Assembly (NCBI GenBank): GCA_964658305.1
Contig: OZ210885.1
Location: forward strand, 14,880,001-14,944,000
Direction: 5' to 3'
DNA length: 64,000 bases
Source of the DNA: Leptogorgia sarmentosa
Taxonomy: Eukaryota
Below the pieces are notes generated by a model that did not search any database, had not been told where the DNA came from, and saw only the letters and a list, made by a program, of their open reading frames with translations. Shown here one piece after another: positions 24,416 to 36,600 of this stretch (positions are counted from its first letter, which is position 1; every line of letters begins with the position of its first letter). The position numbers and the translations under genes are program-made.

Positions 24416-25456
24416 TTACACTCCTAAAGCTCGAGAAACAGATAATAACGCTTCGACATTATCTTTAATATAGCCATCTTTGGCTTTATCTGATTTCCAC
24501 CTGCCATGTCTCTTGAACAACCGATCACTTATGTTAGAATTCGCTGCAGCGGATGCTCCGCCAGCTCTTAAGCTGTGAAGACCAAATTTTGTTTTATCTA
24601 AACCTATGGACTCGAATGCGCCAAGTACGATCTCCCTTGTTCTTGTATATGACAGAGAATTGAGATTCCGAAATTTATACTTGCTCTTACTGCTAGGCAT
24701 GAACGTTAAAGGACGAAAAATATGTTCATCTGATTTAGAGTCAAAGTTTGCCACGGCAAAATATCGTTTGCATATAGCAACTGGACAAGTAGATTTGCCG
24801 GATGCTGCAATGACAACATGAGCACCATCTCTGTAAATATCTGTTTTACTCTTTTCAATGAATACTCGCATCAAAGATGGCTGAAATTCAAAGTCACACA
24901 CCTTAAGTGAAATAAGTTCGCTGAATCTTAAAAATCCTGCATATCCTAACGAACATAAAGTAAGCGTACGTAAATCGGACAAATTGGCATGTTCGCCACC
25001 AAAACGATTGAAGAGCATGAGCATATTTTCTGGGTTAATTGGTTCTTTCTTTCTCACTGGTTCACTTAATATACGTTTTGCTGCTTCTAGAATTTCGGAA
25101 ACTATCGGAAACTTGCATGGATCATCGAATCCAGTGAGTTTGTGAACCCAGGTGATGCCATAGTGACATTCGTCAATTATACTGACTGACACACATGTTT
25201 GAATCAACTGAATAAAGAACAAAGACAAATAAATGCCAGATGCAGGCAACACAGTGACTTCCTTAAATTTACTGGACCAAGACTGCCAACGTTCAAAACC
25301 TCGATTATATTTTTTGTTTGTATTAACTGACTTGCTTTTCTCGATAACTTCTGGTATCGCGTGGGAGAGCGATTGGAGTGTAGGGTGCTGAACGACTTCA
25401 TAACTGCGTCGTAGAGCCTCGCTTACTACACCTGTGATCAAACGCGGGAGAAACAA
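24416..25456 (-). CDS. Tyrosine recombinase of the Ngaro-type element (open frame)
   Basis: Catalytic residues present in FLRFSEL, KSKTD, HSLR, HGRW and DGY. No ATG at the ORF start; a splice-acceptor-like TCACAG lies near 25432. Confidence 0.88.
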   Translation of the reverse strand: MFLPRLITGVVSEALRRSYEVVQHPTLQSLSHAIPEVIEKSKSVNTNKKYNRGFERWQSWSSKFKEVTVLPASGIYLSLFFIQLIQTCVSVSIIDECHYGITWVHKLTGFDDPCKFPIVSEILEAAKRILSEPVRKKEPINPENMLMLFNRFGGEHANLSDLRTLTLCSLGYAGFLRFSELISLKVCDFEFQPSLMRVFIEKSKTDIYRDGAHVVIAASGKSTCPVAICKRYFAVANFDSKSDEHIFRPLTFMPSSKSKYKFRNLNSLSYTRTREIVLGAFESIGLDKTKFGLHSLRAGGASAAANSNISDRLFKRHGRWKSDKAKDGYIKDNVEALLSVSRALGV

Positions 25457-25694
25457 ACAAAATCAGTATGTGACGAAGCAAAAAACAACAACCAGGGATT
25501 GGCAGTCAATAATTATGGGCTATGAACTACTCGCTCTGAGCCAATCGGCTCGACACAATATAGTGTCGGTGCATGCGAACTTCACACGCGGTACATGACT
25601 GCGAATGTACAATTAACAGGGAAACCACTTGGTACAATTTTGCCTTTCTGCAAGTTGAATGTGATTCCACAGGATAAAAAACAAGAATAATTCA

Positions 25695-26036
25695 TTAAAA
25701 CTGCAATCGTACAGACAAAACTTCGCTTGTGAAACGCTCTGCACTTTCTACAAACTGTGAGTGTTGTAAGGCGGATCGGTTATTAGTGAAAAATTCGCGA
25801 GTAGAGGTAGAAATAAATGGAATACGATAACCGCACCGAATGAGATCAATAATAAAATTGTTAGCATTAATAGACTGCCAGAAAGGCAGATGGGATTTTA
25901 ATCGCCCTTTAAGAACAACAGGCACAACAGGCATAGTAGTGTGTTGTTCATATTCAAAAGCATCTTCATTGTCTTCAGCGAAGACCTGTGAATAGCAACT
26001 GGGCTGACAAGAATTTTCCTCGTTGTCAGACGCCAT
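25695..26036 (-). pseudogene. RT ORF remnant: N-terminus fused to extreme C-terminus by a deletion near 25740
   Basis: KGRLKSHLPFWQSI...IIDLIRCGYRIPF...NNRSA is the pre-RT region typical of DIRS-order elements. The RT core is absent. Confidence 0.65.
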
Positions 26037-26159
26037 TATGAATTACAATATTAATAGATCAGTTACCTTATTAGCCTTGCGGCGTTCTATTACCTCCTAT
26101 GCCAGTCGAGTGTGTACTGTTCACCCCTTGTCCTTGATGTAAGCCAGAAGTTGAATTGG

Positions 26160-26883
26160 TTCGTCGGCAATCAGCACGTCAATGGCCTGTTAATCCACAA
26201 GCAAAGCAAATGTCGGTAGGTGCGGCCTTTCTAAGCGATGTATGTGAGGAGCTTCGTGGACGAAACGCCGACGACGCAAAGCTGTTTGAAGAGCTTGACA
26301 ACGACGCAGGGGTTTGGTACGGTTGAGGACGCCGCACTGTTCGAGCTCGTAATTTACTGTTCCGTTTTCGTAGAGCAGCTTGCTCGGCCTTCTTTATCCG
26401 CTTCTCGTCGTCTGAGCCACTTGCCAATTCGTCTGATAAATACTCATTCACCAAATCCCAACCAGCAGGGGATTTGTGTGCGAGTCGGATAAGCTTGCTA
26501 CGGCATTGCACTTGCTTTGTAAGTTCTTTGAGACGCTCTGTTGCCTGTGGAATGTTTTTTCGTTGAAGGGCTTTGTTTGCCCCTTCGATTTTCTCTAGCA
26601 ACTCTCGGTTGAACTTGTATTGTTGTTTATTTCCTTCGTATTTGAACGTGAGATCGGATGACTCTTTGTACTTCTTAGCGGCTTGATCGGCGGAGTGCTG
26701 ACTTTCTTCTCTCAAGTCGTCCTTCAAATCAACGAGTTTCTTGTCGAAGTAATTCTGGAATAATGAAAATGCCGATAACAAGTCTGAAGGGCCACTAGGG
26801 GCCTCTGCGTCTGTTCTTCTTGTTGGATGTTCCTCGTCTGTGTCAGCAAGAAGACGATTTGTTTCTTGCTCATCAGTTTCCAT
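26160..26883 (-). pseudogene. Gag-like ORF of the Ngaro-type element, with a stop inside the CCHC knuckle
   Basis: FKYEGNKQQYKFN...LIRLAHKSPAGWDLVNEYLSDELASGSDDEKRIKKAE; CFACGLTGH*RADC. Confidence 0.75.
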
Positions 26884-29800
26884 ATAGTTGGTCGGAGCTT
26901 TCAGACTTATCTTGAAATTGGTCGTGGTGAAAGCAATTAGACATGTAGCGTAGAGGACGTTGGACGCGAATGACTATTTCTCTACGCTCTACATTATATA
27001 GGACATCTGACAACTCATGCATGCCTAATATATTCACGTGACTACACGCTTATTGTGCAAACTATAATAAATGCATTAAATACCCGTCGAATCTGCAAAC
27101 AACATCATATAATTTCCCATCTACATCCACAACCGGAGAAGTTTGTGCAGGAGTGGTCAAAGCACCAGTAATTAACTCAAAAAATGCAGCTCAGCATTAT
27201 GCCGATCTTCACATGTTAGAGGATAAAGAAGAAATACGTGATGTATTTTGGAACAGTGAATCTCAAGTGTGGAAGGAAATTGAGTGTGCTCGAGTAGACG
27301 GAAGTTTTGACAAGGGGCCGTCCCATTGTGAGGTACGGTACTGGTGGACAATTCGCCACCTTGTAACTGGTAGTCGAATGACATTAGTAATGTCGCGAAA
27401 CAGTGGTGCAAGCTACAAGAGCCGTGTGGAACTACAAAATGGCTGCTTGGCCCTCGGCCATTCAGGCCTATTTATACCATCAACTCTTAACGGTTCTTGT
27501 ATGCTTAATGGTGGAAACATTGACTATGACTTACTGCGTAAGAACCTGCATGCAGCTATTAGTGTTTACATATCAAGAGTAGATAAAAGTCCTTGTGCAG
27601 GAACTGTGATCAATCTATACAGAGGTGCAGACAGTTCAGTATATCAAGAAGAAACTGAAATTTTCAAAGTTTTCTTTAAAGGAAAGAAGTCAGAAAAGGA
27701 AAAACTTAAGAAGGATCATCCTGAAAAGTATTCTCGCGCTCAGGCTATCTGGAGTTTACGAAACAGACATATGCGAAAGGATCTTGTACAGAAGTATATT
27801 TTTTGCCTAAGCTGTTGTTATGAACAGAATTGTGAACATCCTTTGTGTAAAAAGGGAAAGCCTGAAAAAGAACCAACGTGGTATATCGGTGGCCCACCTT
27901 TGTCGTTTTTACCCATACCTTCTCCTGACCCCAACCGGCACTATGGTCAAGAACAATGTCATGAATGTGATGGTGCTTGCTATGGGCATTACCGGAAATT
28001 GGATGATCTGTGGAAGTTTGCATTAGAGGGTGGTGATGTGGTGTGTAGTCCCCCATCTGAAGTCATCCTAGCAGAGTATAACAAAGTTGGAAAAATACCT
28101 GATGGAAACAGGGTACAAGATATAGCTAAACGAACATTGCTTGCTCCTGAGGAAGTCTCTATGTGGTTCAACCATCTACACACCATTGCAGAAAATAGAA
28201 AAAAAGGGGCAGCAAAAGCAGCTGAAACTCGCAGAGCCAGAAAAGGGAGAACAAAATCACGTGTAGATGTATGAAATGAAGAAGATGTATCAGATGTGTG
28301 TTCTGTTTGTAAATTGGTAGATCCGGCTGGAGAAGATAATTCTGTAGTTCATTGGATAAGCTGCGATGGTTGCTCTGTCTGGTGTCACTCAGTTTGTGTT
28401 GGTGTAAGACCTGAACATGGCACTCCAGAACATTGGCAATGCCTAACCTGCTCTGAGCAGTGGACATAATATCAACAAACATTTCAAAACTACATTCTGC
28501 TATAGTTACAATATTGTTGAGTTCATGTGGAACAAATTTAAGTTAAAATTGTGTACTTAATGTACTTGATACAATTTATATTAAAAATCATTTTATATTA
28601 ATTTTATCAAGAAATATAATCACTGAATATAAATGGTTGCCCATGAGTGGGGGAGTTGACCATATTTGAATAGGATTTTTGCCACCATATACAGGAGTTT
28701 GACTGTTTTGTTGATGAATTTTTCAAATCCCCTATACTTTCCCGACCTCCCCCCCCTCGGGATTTACATTGATAGGTGCATTATAAGAAGCCAAATTCAA
28801 TAATTGTTTTAATGTGCAATTATAACTGCTTGGTGACTTTGCAACCGAGGCAATGCATCTGTAATAGCAATCTGCAAATCCAATTCAAAACTATGATGCA
28901 AAAGTAAAACCTACATAAGTTCCATAAGGATGGTATATAGCAATCAACTAGTAATGCACCAACATATTTGTTTACTTCGGAATGAAAATGTATTGGTATG
29001 GTGCATATTGGAATAGAGATCACACTTATTATCAAGTATTTTTAACCTTTTGGCTCTCCTGATTGATTTCCTTAGAGTGTTTATGTATAATATGTTGTGG
29101 GACACATTCAGCAAGACGAATGTAATCAAAATTCTTTGAATGTGTACGATATAATTATCATATAATGCTTTATGGTCAGCCATAGAAGGTTTTTGTTTTG
29201 CAGATCGTCGATATCTTTAACTGGCTTATTATCAGGTAGGTGATTTCCTGACACTCGGTTTTTAACAATGTTGTGGTTTACCCAGTGAATATCAACATTT
29301 TGATTTTCTGCAGACATATTTCTTACTTCTTGTCTCATGTCCCAATTGTCAACCACAATGTTAAATCCACTGGGATGTCCTATATCTGTATTTGGTAAAC
29401 ACTGCCCATTAACAATACTACATGAGATTGGTAATTCACTGTGACTTTGGGTAAATGACACATGTGCCCTGGATTGATTAACATTCACGACAAGGTCTGA
29501 ACCATTTAATCTATCAGTAACAGCTGTACCAGGTGTAACTTGTTGCACAGGTGCTACTAGTTGCAAAGGTGTTATTGGTTGCAAAGGAGTCTCTGCTTCT
29601 GCATTAGCAGTATGCAGAATTGAACTGTTCACATTTTCTATAACAACTGATGATGTGGTGGTATTTGGTGGACTGTTAACCTGCTGCTTTCGATATGCCA
29701 CCCTTTTGCCTTTTCCTTTTGTACCATTTCATCAAATGCAACTCCAAACTCATCCATCTTCTTGAGAAAGCGGCTACTGGATACAGTTAGCCTTAGTGAA

Positions 29801-30939
29801 TTTAATCTTGTTAGCAATGCCTATAAACAAAATTGTTGCAATGTAAAGTCAAACAAGGATTAAATAATAATCAACTAATCCAATAAGTTGCATTCAATGC
29901 TAAAATTAATCACTTGGCATTTGTTAAATAATTGTCAAATAATGAAATTGTAATTAAAGCCAGACAATAATGGAACAGGATGGTATAGAGCTAAACTCCC
30001 TGACACATTGGAACAATTAATTAACCTACTTAAGAGTGACTGTCCATAAAAATCAAACAAAATTCAAAGTCCGTGGCAAACTTCAAAAAATCGATTTTGC
30101 TTATACTTTCAAGTCTGAAAGGGTATTGTCTCCTAAGAACCATGGTATAGTTGGATAGGTTAAATATCGCTGTATCTCGGAGAAATATACAAATTACTTA
30201 ACACCACTGAAAATGGCGTCTGAGCGGATGATTTTTGGGCCAACTTTAGCGCACTCGTGTGGAAAATTGAAGTACTTCACATTAAGAATAGAACTTTATT
30301 CTTGTTAAATAATCTCTTGGCTACTGTTTACCCAAATTTGGGGGAAATCACACGATCCTATATATTTCAAATAATTACATTCTCAATACGCATATTTTGT
30401 AAGGATAATAAGAGCTCTTACAAAAATCCTTATAGCAAATGTGCTATATCTTTAAATCCCTTGATACTTCGGCGGACAAAAGGTGAAACAAAGGTCTTTC
30501 CATTTATGGAAAGAAATGTTTGGGCAAATGTTTGTGGGCGAGATGTCAGCCTGCCAAACTTAGGTGAAATTGTACTCCAATGACCTTTGAGGTCAAAGTA
30601 CAATCCGTGCTTGTTTTGATTTGTAAACAACAAAACAGCTTCAAAAAGAGTGTAGAAAGCAAACGACATTAAGTCTTAGGCTATACATGTCTGTCATACC
30701 TGTTGCGATTTGTATATTTCACTATACGCGGTACATTTTCATAATCGAATATAATCCAGCGCAACATAATGCAAATTGTTTTCCTTTTCAAAACAATCGC
30801 CACAGGAAACCCATTATTATGAACATCAAAATTGATTAGCGCTCGACCACTCGATCACAACACCATAATACGGTCACAAAGTATGGCAAAATAATACAAA
30901 TATCTTAAATAATTTGAACAATGATTCATAGTAATACAT

Positions 30940-33070
30940 ATTATTATATAAGTATTGAGATTTATTCATCGAAATGGCAGTTCGTAATAATCGTTTCGAA
31001 ATTGCAGCAGCCAATCAGCAACGAGAACGACAAATCTCACTAGTGAAAAATCATCGTTCGCGGTTGTTGATTGGACGAATGACATTTTTTCACTAGTGAG
31101 AAATTATCGTACAGAAAAATACGTCATTTTTTAATTTGGCTCGGAAGTATGTCGGAACTGGTAGGAACCGTCGGAAATGCGAATTTGAAACAACAAAATG
31201 GCTTCGCGATTTGTTGACGCCGGTTCTGTTGACGACTTTATTTTGGAACAAGAAAACAAGAGCACGGCGCAAAAAACACAGCGTGATGTTAAATTATTAC
31301 AACTGTTTTTGGTGAACAAGAGCGAAGAAAGAAACATTGAAGATATCCCGATAGAAGAACTAAACGAGTACGTGTCTGACTTTATAATTTCGGTCAGAAC
31401 CAAAGACGGGAAAGAATACGAGCCATCTTCTCTTCGGAGTTTACTAGCAAGTTTCGAGCGGCATCTTAAGAAAAAAAACTACCCTGCTAGTATTATCAAT
31501 GACTTAGCATTCGAAAAGACGAGAAAAACTCTCAAGTCCAAGCAAAAGGAATTGAAAAAACAAGGAAAAGGCAATAAACCGAACGCTTCCGTGGCTTTGA
31601 CCACTTCGGAACTAAATACGTTGTATGAAAAAGACCTTCTCGGTACCCGAAGTCCTGAATCGCTTCTAAACACACTCTGGTTGAATAACACTATGCATTT
31701 CGGACTCAGAGGTTGCAAAGAACACAGAGACATGTGTTGGGGTGATGTAAAGTTGAAGCAAACAGCAGACGGTGAGGAATTTTTAGAATTTAATGAAAGA
31801 CAAACCAAAACAAGAACCGGTTCGGATTGCCGTGATGTCAGAAAAATTATGCCTAAAATGTTTGCTACCGATGGGTCGGAAAGAGATCCTGTCGTGGTCT
31901 ATAAACTTTACAGCCGGAAGAGACCAGATAAAATGAACGAGGATGAGTCGCCTTTTTACCTAGCTGTAAATAACACGGTAAAGAAAGAGTCGCTTGAAAC
32001 GAAAGAGTGGTTCAAGGCCGCTCCTGTTGGAGTAAACAAACTGAACACTTTAATGAAGTCAATGGCTCAAAAAGCAGGACTCAACAATGAACGACTGCGA
32101 AATCACAGCGGGAGAAAAACAATGATTCAAACACTTAGCGAAAATGATATTCCCCCGACACATATTGCTCAACTGTCAGGGCACAAGAATTTGAAAAGTT
32201 TGGAAAGCTACAGCAAAGTTTCGACCAAACAGGAAATGCAAATGTCCAAACTTCTCAGTGGCTATACATGTAGTAGTGCAACGAAGACGTCGACTGATAA
32301 AACAGCAAATTCACCAGCAACTTGTTCGCCCAATTCCGAGACACAGCAAGCTATGGCTTTATTCAGCGGAGCGGTCATTAAAGGTGGTAATTTTTCAATC
32401 AATATAAACACAGTGAACCAGTCGCCGAAGCTCACACTGGAACAAGAACAAAACCAAATTATCGCCAAAGACGGAGCGTTGCCGAAATGGAAAAGACTTA
32501 AACCTTTGGAGGACAGTGACGATGAGTTTTAGACATTTTTTATACACATTTAGAAGCCTTTGAAGTATTCTTAAAATACGCGTTAATTTCATAACCATAT
32601 TCTCTTCGCATTGGAATTCTCAAATTGTGTTGTTGTGTTTGGAAAATAAAATCGTTTTAATTTGTTTTCTAAATTTATGCTGCTCTTGTTCTTACAGTGG
32701 GTAGAGTTGATCACACAATTGAATAAAATTGAATAAAACTGAATAAAATCGCTTTTCACGCACGGCCACACATAATGTTGTGTTGGAAAAAACAGTCTTT
32801 TCAAAAACACGTTAATTTATGCAACCGGAGAAAAACAGAATGCTGTTTATAATCTACTATTACAATCCATTAATAAGCATTTTGAATGAAATCTCAATAT
32901 TTATAAAATAAACAAATAACATCATGGTTGGTTCGCGGATACGGTTTTTATTCACTCGTGAATTATTACATACTCACTCGTTCGCTGCGCTCACTCGTTC
33001 GCTTGTAATAATTCACTCGTTGAATAAAAACCGTACGCGCTCACCAACCATGAAGTAATCTCTATTTGTG
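30940..33070 (+). mobile_element. Crypton DNA transposon nested in Sola3 (ends approximate)
   Basis: Single YR ORF without RT. Palindromic CACTAGTG/CCAAT promoter region at about 31010-31100. Imperfect inverted repeat between about 30947-30976 and 32878-32905. 3' hairpin at 32922-33053. Confidence 0.78.
31198..32532 (+). CDS. Crypton tyrosine recombinase, DUF3504/ZMYM-KIAA1958-like (444 aa, intact)
   Basis: MASRF...ENKST...RTKDGKEYEPSSL; catalytic residues in GLRG, TKTR, NHSGR, SGHK and ESYS. Confidence 0.88.
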   Translation: MASRFVDAGSVDDFILEQENKSTAQKTQRDVKLLQLFLVNKSEERNIEDIPIEELNEYVSDFIISVRTKDGKEYEPSSLRSLLASFERHLKKKNYPASIINDLAFEKTRKTLKSKQKELKKQGKGNKPNASVALTTSELNTLYEKDLLGTRSPESLLNTLWLNNTMHFGLRGCKEHRDMCWGDVKLKQTADGEEFLEFNERQTKTRTGSDCRDVRKIMPKMFATDGSERDPVVVYKLYSRKRPDKMNEDESPFYLAVNNTVKKESLETKEWFKAAPVGVNKLNTLMKSMAQKAGLNNERLRNHSGRKTMIQTLSENDIPPTHIAQLSGHKNLKSLESYSKVSTKQEMQMSKLLSGYTCSSATKTSTDKTANSPATCSPNSETQQAMALFSGAVIKGGNFSININTVNQSPKLTLEQEQNQIIAKDGALPKWKRLKPLEDSDDEF

Positions 33071-33605
33071 AAGCGTGAATTGAATAGCCCTTACTGTTTA
33101 TTTCAATTTTCCCAACGGTCTCGTTTTCATGTATTTTTTTTATCTAATGCTGCATGTCCACGGTCAAACCTAGGTTAAACTTTGCAATTGATAAAAGAGA
33201 AACATATTTTTGCACGAAGCAATGAAGAAACATCTGTGCCCCAGCAATGTTATAAAGGAAAAACATGAAAACGTGGTGAAATTAAAATAAACTGCATGAT
33301 ACAGTATATTTATTATCCTCAATTTGGCAACTTTGAAATCAATGTATTACCCCCTATAAACCCCTCTTATTCCACCGTGTCTCAGGAAACGAAACAATAA
33401 TTTAGGCAAACATTTTATGCATGCATCTCGTACTTGCTTGATTTGCCATTGACAGCGACAGTCATTGAAACTAAGATGCATATCTATATGATATCAAGCT
33501 AATTTGAAATGCATAGAATGGCTCCATTTTTTTGAACAGAACTTATACAGTAAATGGATAGTGACATGCATTATTGGCATGCCTTAAAACAGAAAAAAAG
33601 TAAAT

Positions 33606-36600
33606 TTAACAAGAACATGAACTAACGAATTCATTCAGCAAATCTAAGTATGGCTTTTTCCTTTTCTGCTTTATGTTCGAAGTATCAAGTTCGTAGTGCT
33701 TGCAGATCTCCTGTAACATTGATACTGAAAACTTTGAAAGCTTGGACGTGGCGGCCATTTCACAGATATTATAGGATTCGTACGTGATTGGGTGTTGAAT
33801 AGAAATTTTGTCTACTATCTCTTGACGCATCTGATCAAATTCTCTCTCAGCTATGGCAGAGATCAAGTCGTCATTGGTCATCGTCATCATCGAGATTTGA
33901 GGCAAGTGGAAGTTGGATGGATTTTTTAGCGGCCATGCGGGAAAAGAAGCCCTTAATCTGCTGAGATGTCAGGTACTCATCCGACAGGAAAATGAGAGAA
34001 CCATCTGGATCGCGAGCTTTTCTAATCGATTTCGATACTTCACTGGCATCTGCTTTTCTTCCGGTTTCCTCACCAAGAAGAAAGAGGTCGATGAGATACT
34101 TCTTTTGCTTTTCACTAAATCGGCGTTGACTTGTTGAAGCACTCTTGAGCGCCCATCCCGTCTTCACATAATGCACCTGCTCTGATTCTTCACCAATTTC
34201 TGGAACTGGCTCTTCGATAGATACAGCTCCACTTTCAAGACCTTCGGCGTATCGTAGCATTGCCTTATCAAGGAGCGACTCTCTCTCAATTGCATACTTG
34301 TGTTTACCTCCATCGAGATGTTTCTGCAAGGATGAAAATCTTTGAAAGGTTTTTACACATCCATCTTCTTGGCATGTAAAAAGAGTATCCTCGTCTGTGT
34401 CACCACTATCTTGACTATCTTCGTTGGTGGATGCCTTCGAGCTTTTGACTTTGACGACATGACGCTTTCTTGGTGCGATGGCACAGAATTCAAGATTGGT
34501 GCTGGAGATGTCAGTTATCTTGGTGAGTGACGGAAGTTCGGTGCTCTCTTTTAAACTAAAATTGTTATACGGAAGATCTTTACCAGCTCTCCAAACTTTC
34601 ATTTTTTCTGTCTTCATTTCAATGTTGTTGATGAGGCTAACACCTTCCCATCTTGGAAAAGGATTAGGGTCAGGGATCGTTAGACCACCACAGAGTACAG
34701 TAGCAATACCACGTACACCACCATTTGATTTCATTGCTGTTTCCATGTCTTGCACATTTGAGATGTCATGGCCAGAGTTGAGGTACGCTCGCATGTGGTT
34801 CTTTATAGATCCGGCTTTACGATCGCATGGTCCCTTTCCGCCTTGAGGATCAGAAAAATCCATTCGCACACTAACACCGTGTTTGACAGAAAGTTGACGT
34901 ACTCCAAAGATGGTAGCAGCGCTGTGGTAGCAGCCAGCGTTGTCTTGCCTGAAGTTCACGGATTTCAATCCTGGTATCACATTCTTTAGTTTTTCGATGA
35001 CATCATCGATAATGGCCAACACATACATACTATCTTGGTTACTTTTCTCGAACAGGTGGACAAGCGTCAGCATCTGCAGGGGTTCTTCGGTAGATTTCGT
35101 TATTGCAACACTAATGTGCCACGAGAGGCCTCGCTTACCAAACCAGTCAGCTTGGCTCTCTCTATACTTTCTTGGGATGAATTTCATTGCCCAATCTAGC
35201 ACAACTAGCACAGAACTGTCATCTAAGGAGTTCAAGATGTCAAGACGTGCCTCATCTTGGTTGATAAAGCGTAGTATGTGCGCTTTCCAAGCTTCGATGT
35301 TTTTCTTGGACTGGGCAAGAACAAACTTCATCTCTTCTTTTTTCTCGTGGGGAATCCTGGCATTTTCTAGCTGTAACTACCTCCTGGAAAACAGTTGGAA
35401 ACAGGTTGCAACTATCACACGCTAGGTCATGCTGATGATCGCACGTGGTGGTAAAAGCAGGGTCGTTTGCAAGACTGAGGGCAAAAGGTTTACAATGGTC
35501 AGGGACTCTTGAACTGGACGATATATGAACCTAATTAAAATATGACATAATTAGTACATCATTTTGTAATAGTCTTGAAATAAAAAATGTATATTACTAA
35601 GATGAGGTTTCCCGTCCGGTTTATCAGTCAGAACTGTAAATAGTAATCTGTAGTAAACTATACAGGAATTTTGAGGCAAAGTTGAAGACGTGTTACAAAC
35701 GTAAATTACAGTACGTAATCATTTTCTCATCATTTTTCGTTTAATTGCACTGACCTTGTAATCGCCTTTCAGGTAACGTTTTACCAGTTTCAGCTTTCCG
35801 ATTTTCTCCTTGGACCATGTCAAACCAAGTTTGTAGATATCGCCTAACTTATCTACAATTGCAACAACGTCATCAAACGCCTTGCTGCCTTCTGCTGAGA
35901 AGTAGTCCAGGCCTTCAAGCGAGGTGCGTGTTGATGCGGAGCAAACGTCTAGTATCCTGCAAAGGCTACTTCGGCTCGAAGGTGAACTGAATCCAGTCTC
36001 CGCACAGTAACTTTGATACTGCTTGACAATATGCTCGGGGATGGAATTTCGTATCACATTTGGAATTTTTATTTCGGTGGTTGAGAGCTTCAAAGTTTTT
36101 TCACCAAGTGGTATATCTTGTATTACCCTAGCACTCGTAATGAATGCTAAGAAGTGGTCGAGCTTGTCTAGAGGTACTCTAATTCTGGTCTGCTTTTTGG
36201 GAGAGGGGTCAATGCCTCTTCCATGGAGCAACAAGTGGTGTCTTGCTATGTTGTATCGATACCGAGATATATTCGGAAGCCATTGTTTGATGGTTTTGAA
36301 ACTGACCTTGTCGGCAAAGATGGACAGAATTTGTCTGCGACTGCTCCAGTGACTGGCATTCTCGTAGCAGGCTGCTAAAGCTTCTAACAATGTGGAATCC
36401 GTACTTTCATCGCCATCCAGTTGCTTTTCTTTCATGGCTCTAAACAGCATCTCAGAATTATTGGGTGCCATTTCTTCAAGGGTAGCAAAGACGACCTGTT
36501 TGGCTTTTCGTAAATAATGCCTCTTTGTTCGCCCGGAAGCTTCATCCCACGAGACTTTCATTGACGTTCGAATAGGACTTACGTCTCTGGCAGCAAGAAA

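Larger units (their letters stand above)
23797..27077 (-). mobile_element. Ngaro/PAT-type tyrosine-recombinase retrotransposon with split direct repeats; RT/RH internally deleted
   Basis: Repeat A, 143 bp, at 26935-27077 and 24041-24183. Repeat B, 89 bp, at 24183-24271 and 23797-23885. Minus-strand order is A1-gag-RT-YR-B1-A2-B2. Confidence 0.88.
21526..28469 (+). pseudogene. Zator-like DDE transposase with C-terminal homeodomain-like helix and PHD finger; split by the 23086-27077 insertions; TGA stops at 21856 and 28272
   Basis: GRDDQAGFRL, RVDGSFDKGPSH and RNSGASYKSRVELQNG parallel the Zator motifs SQDDKARV, VDGGPDENP and NAPGRSAFNRVE. TTRNDYV|KYPSNLQTTSYNF reads across the insertion. The PHD (CSVC...WISCDGCSVWCHSVC...WQCLTC) is in frame after the last TGA. 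Confidence 0.7.
18626..28780 (+). mobile_element. About 10-kb TIR DNA transposon with a Zator-like DDE transposase and an accessory CIDE-N/NCD2-like gene
   Basis: TIR TGCACCTATCAATGTAAATCCCGAG(G)n...GGGAAAGTATAGGGGATTT mirrored at about 28725-28780. TTA duplicated at 18623-18625 and 28781-28783. Lies in an intron of the Academ gene. Confidence 0.85.

Noticed and set aside
24416..32532. Prophage or integron reading of the two tyrosine recombinases
   Set aside because: The context is eukaryotic (spliceosomal introns, eukaryotic 5S, LTR elements). The YRs fit Ngaro and Crypton architectures, and no cassette array is present.
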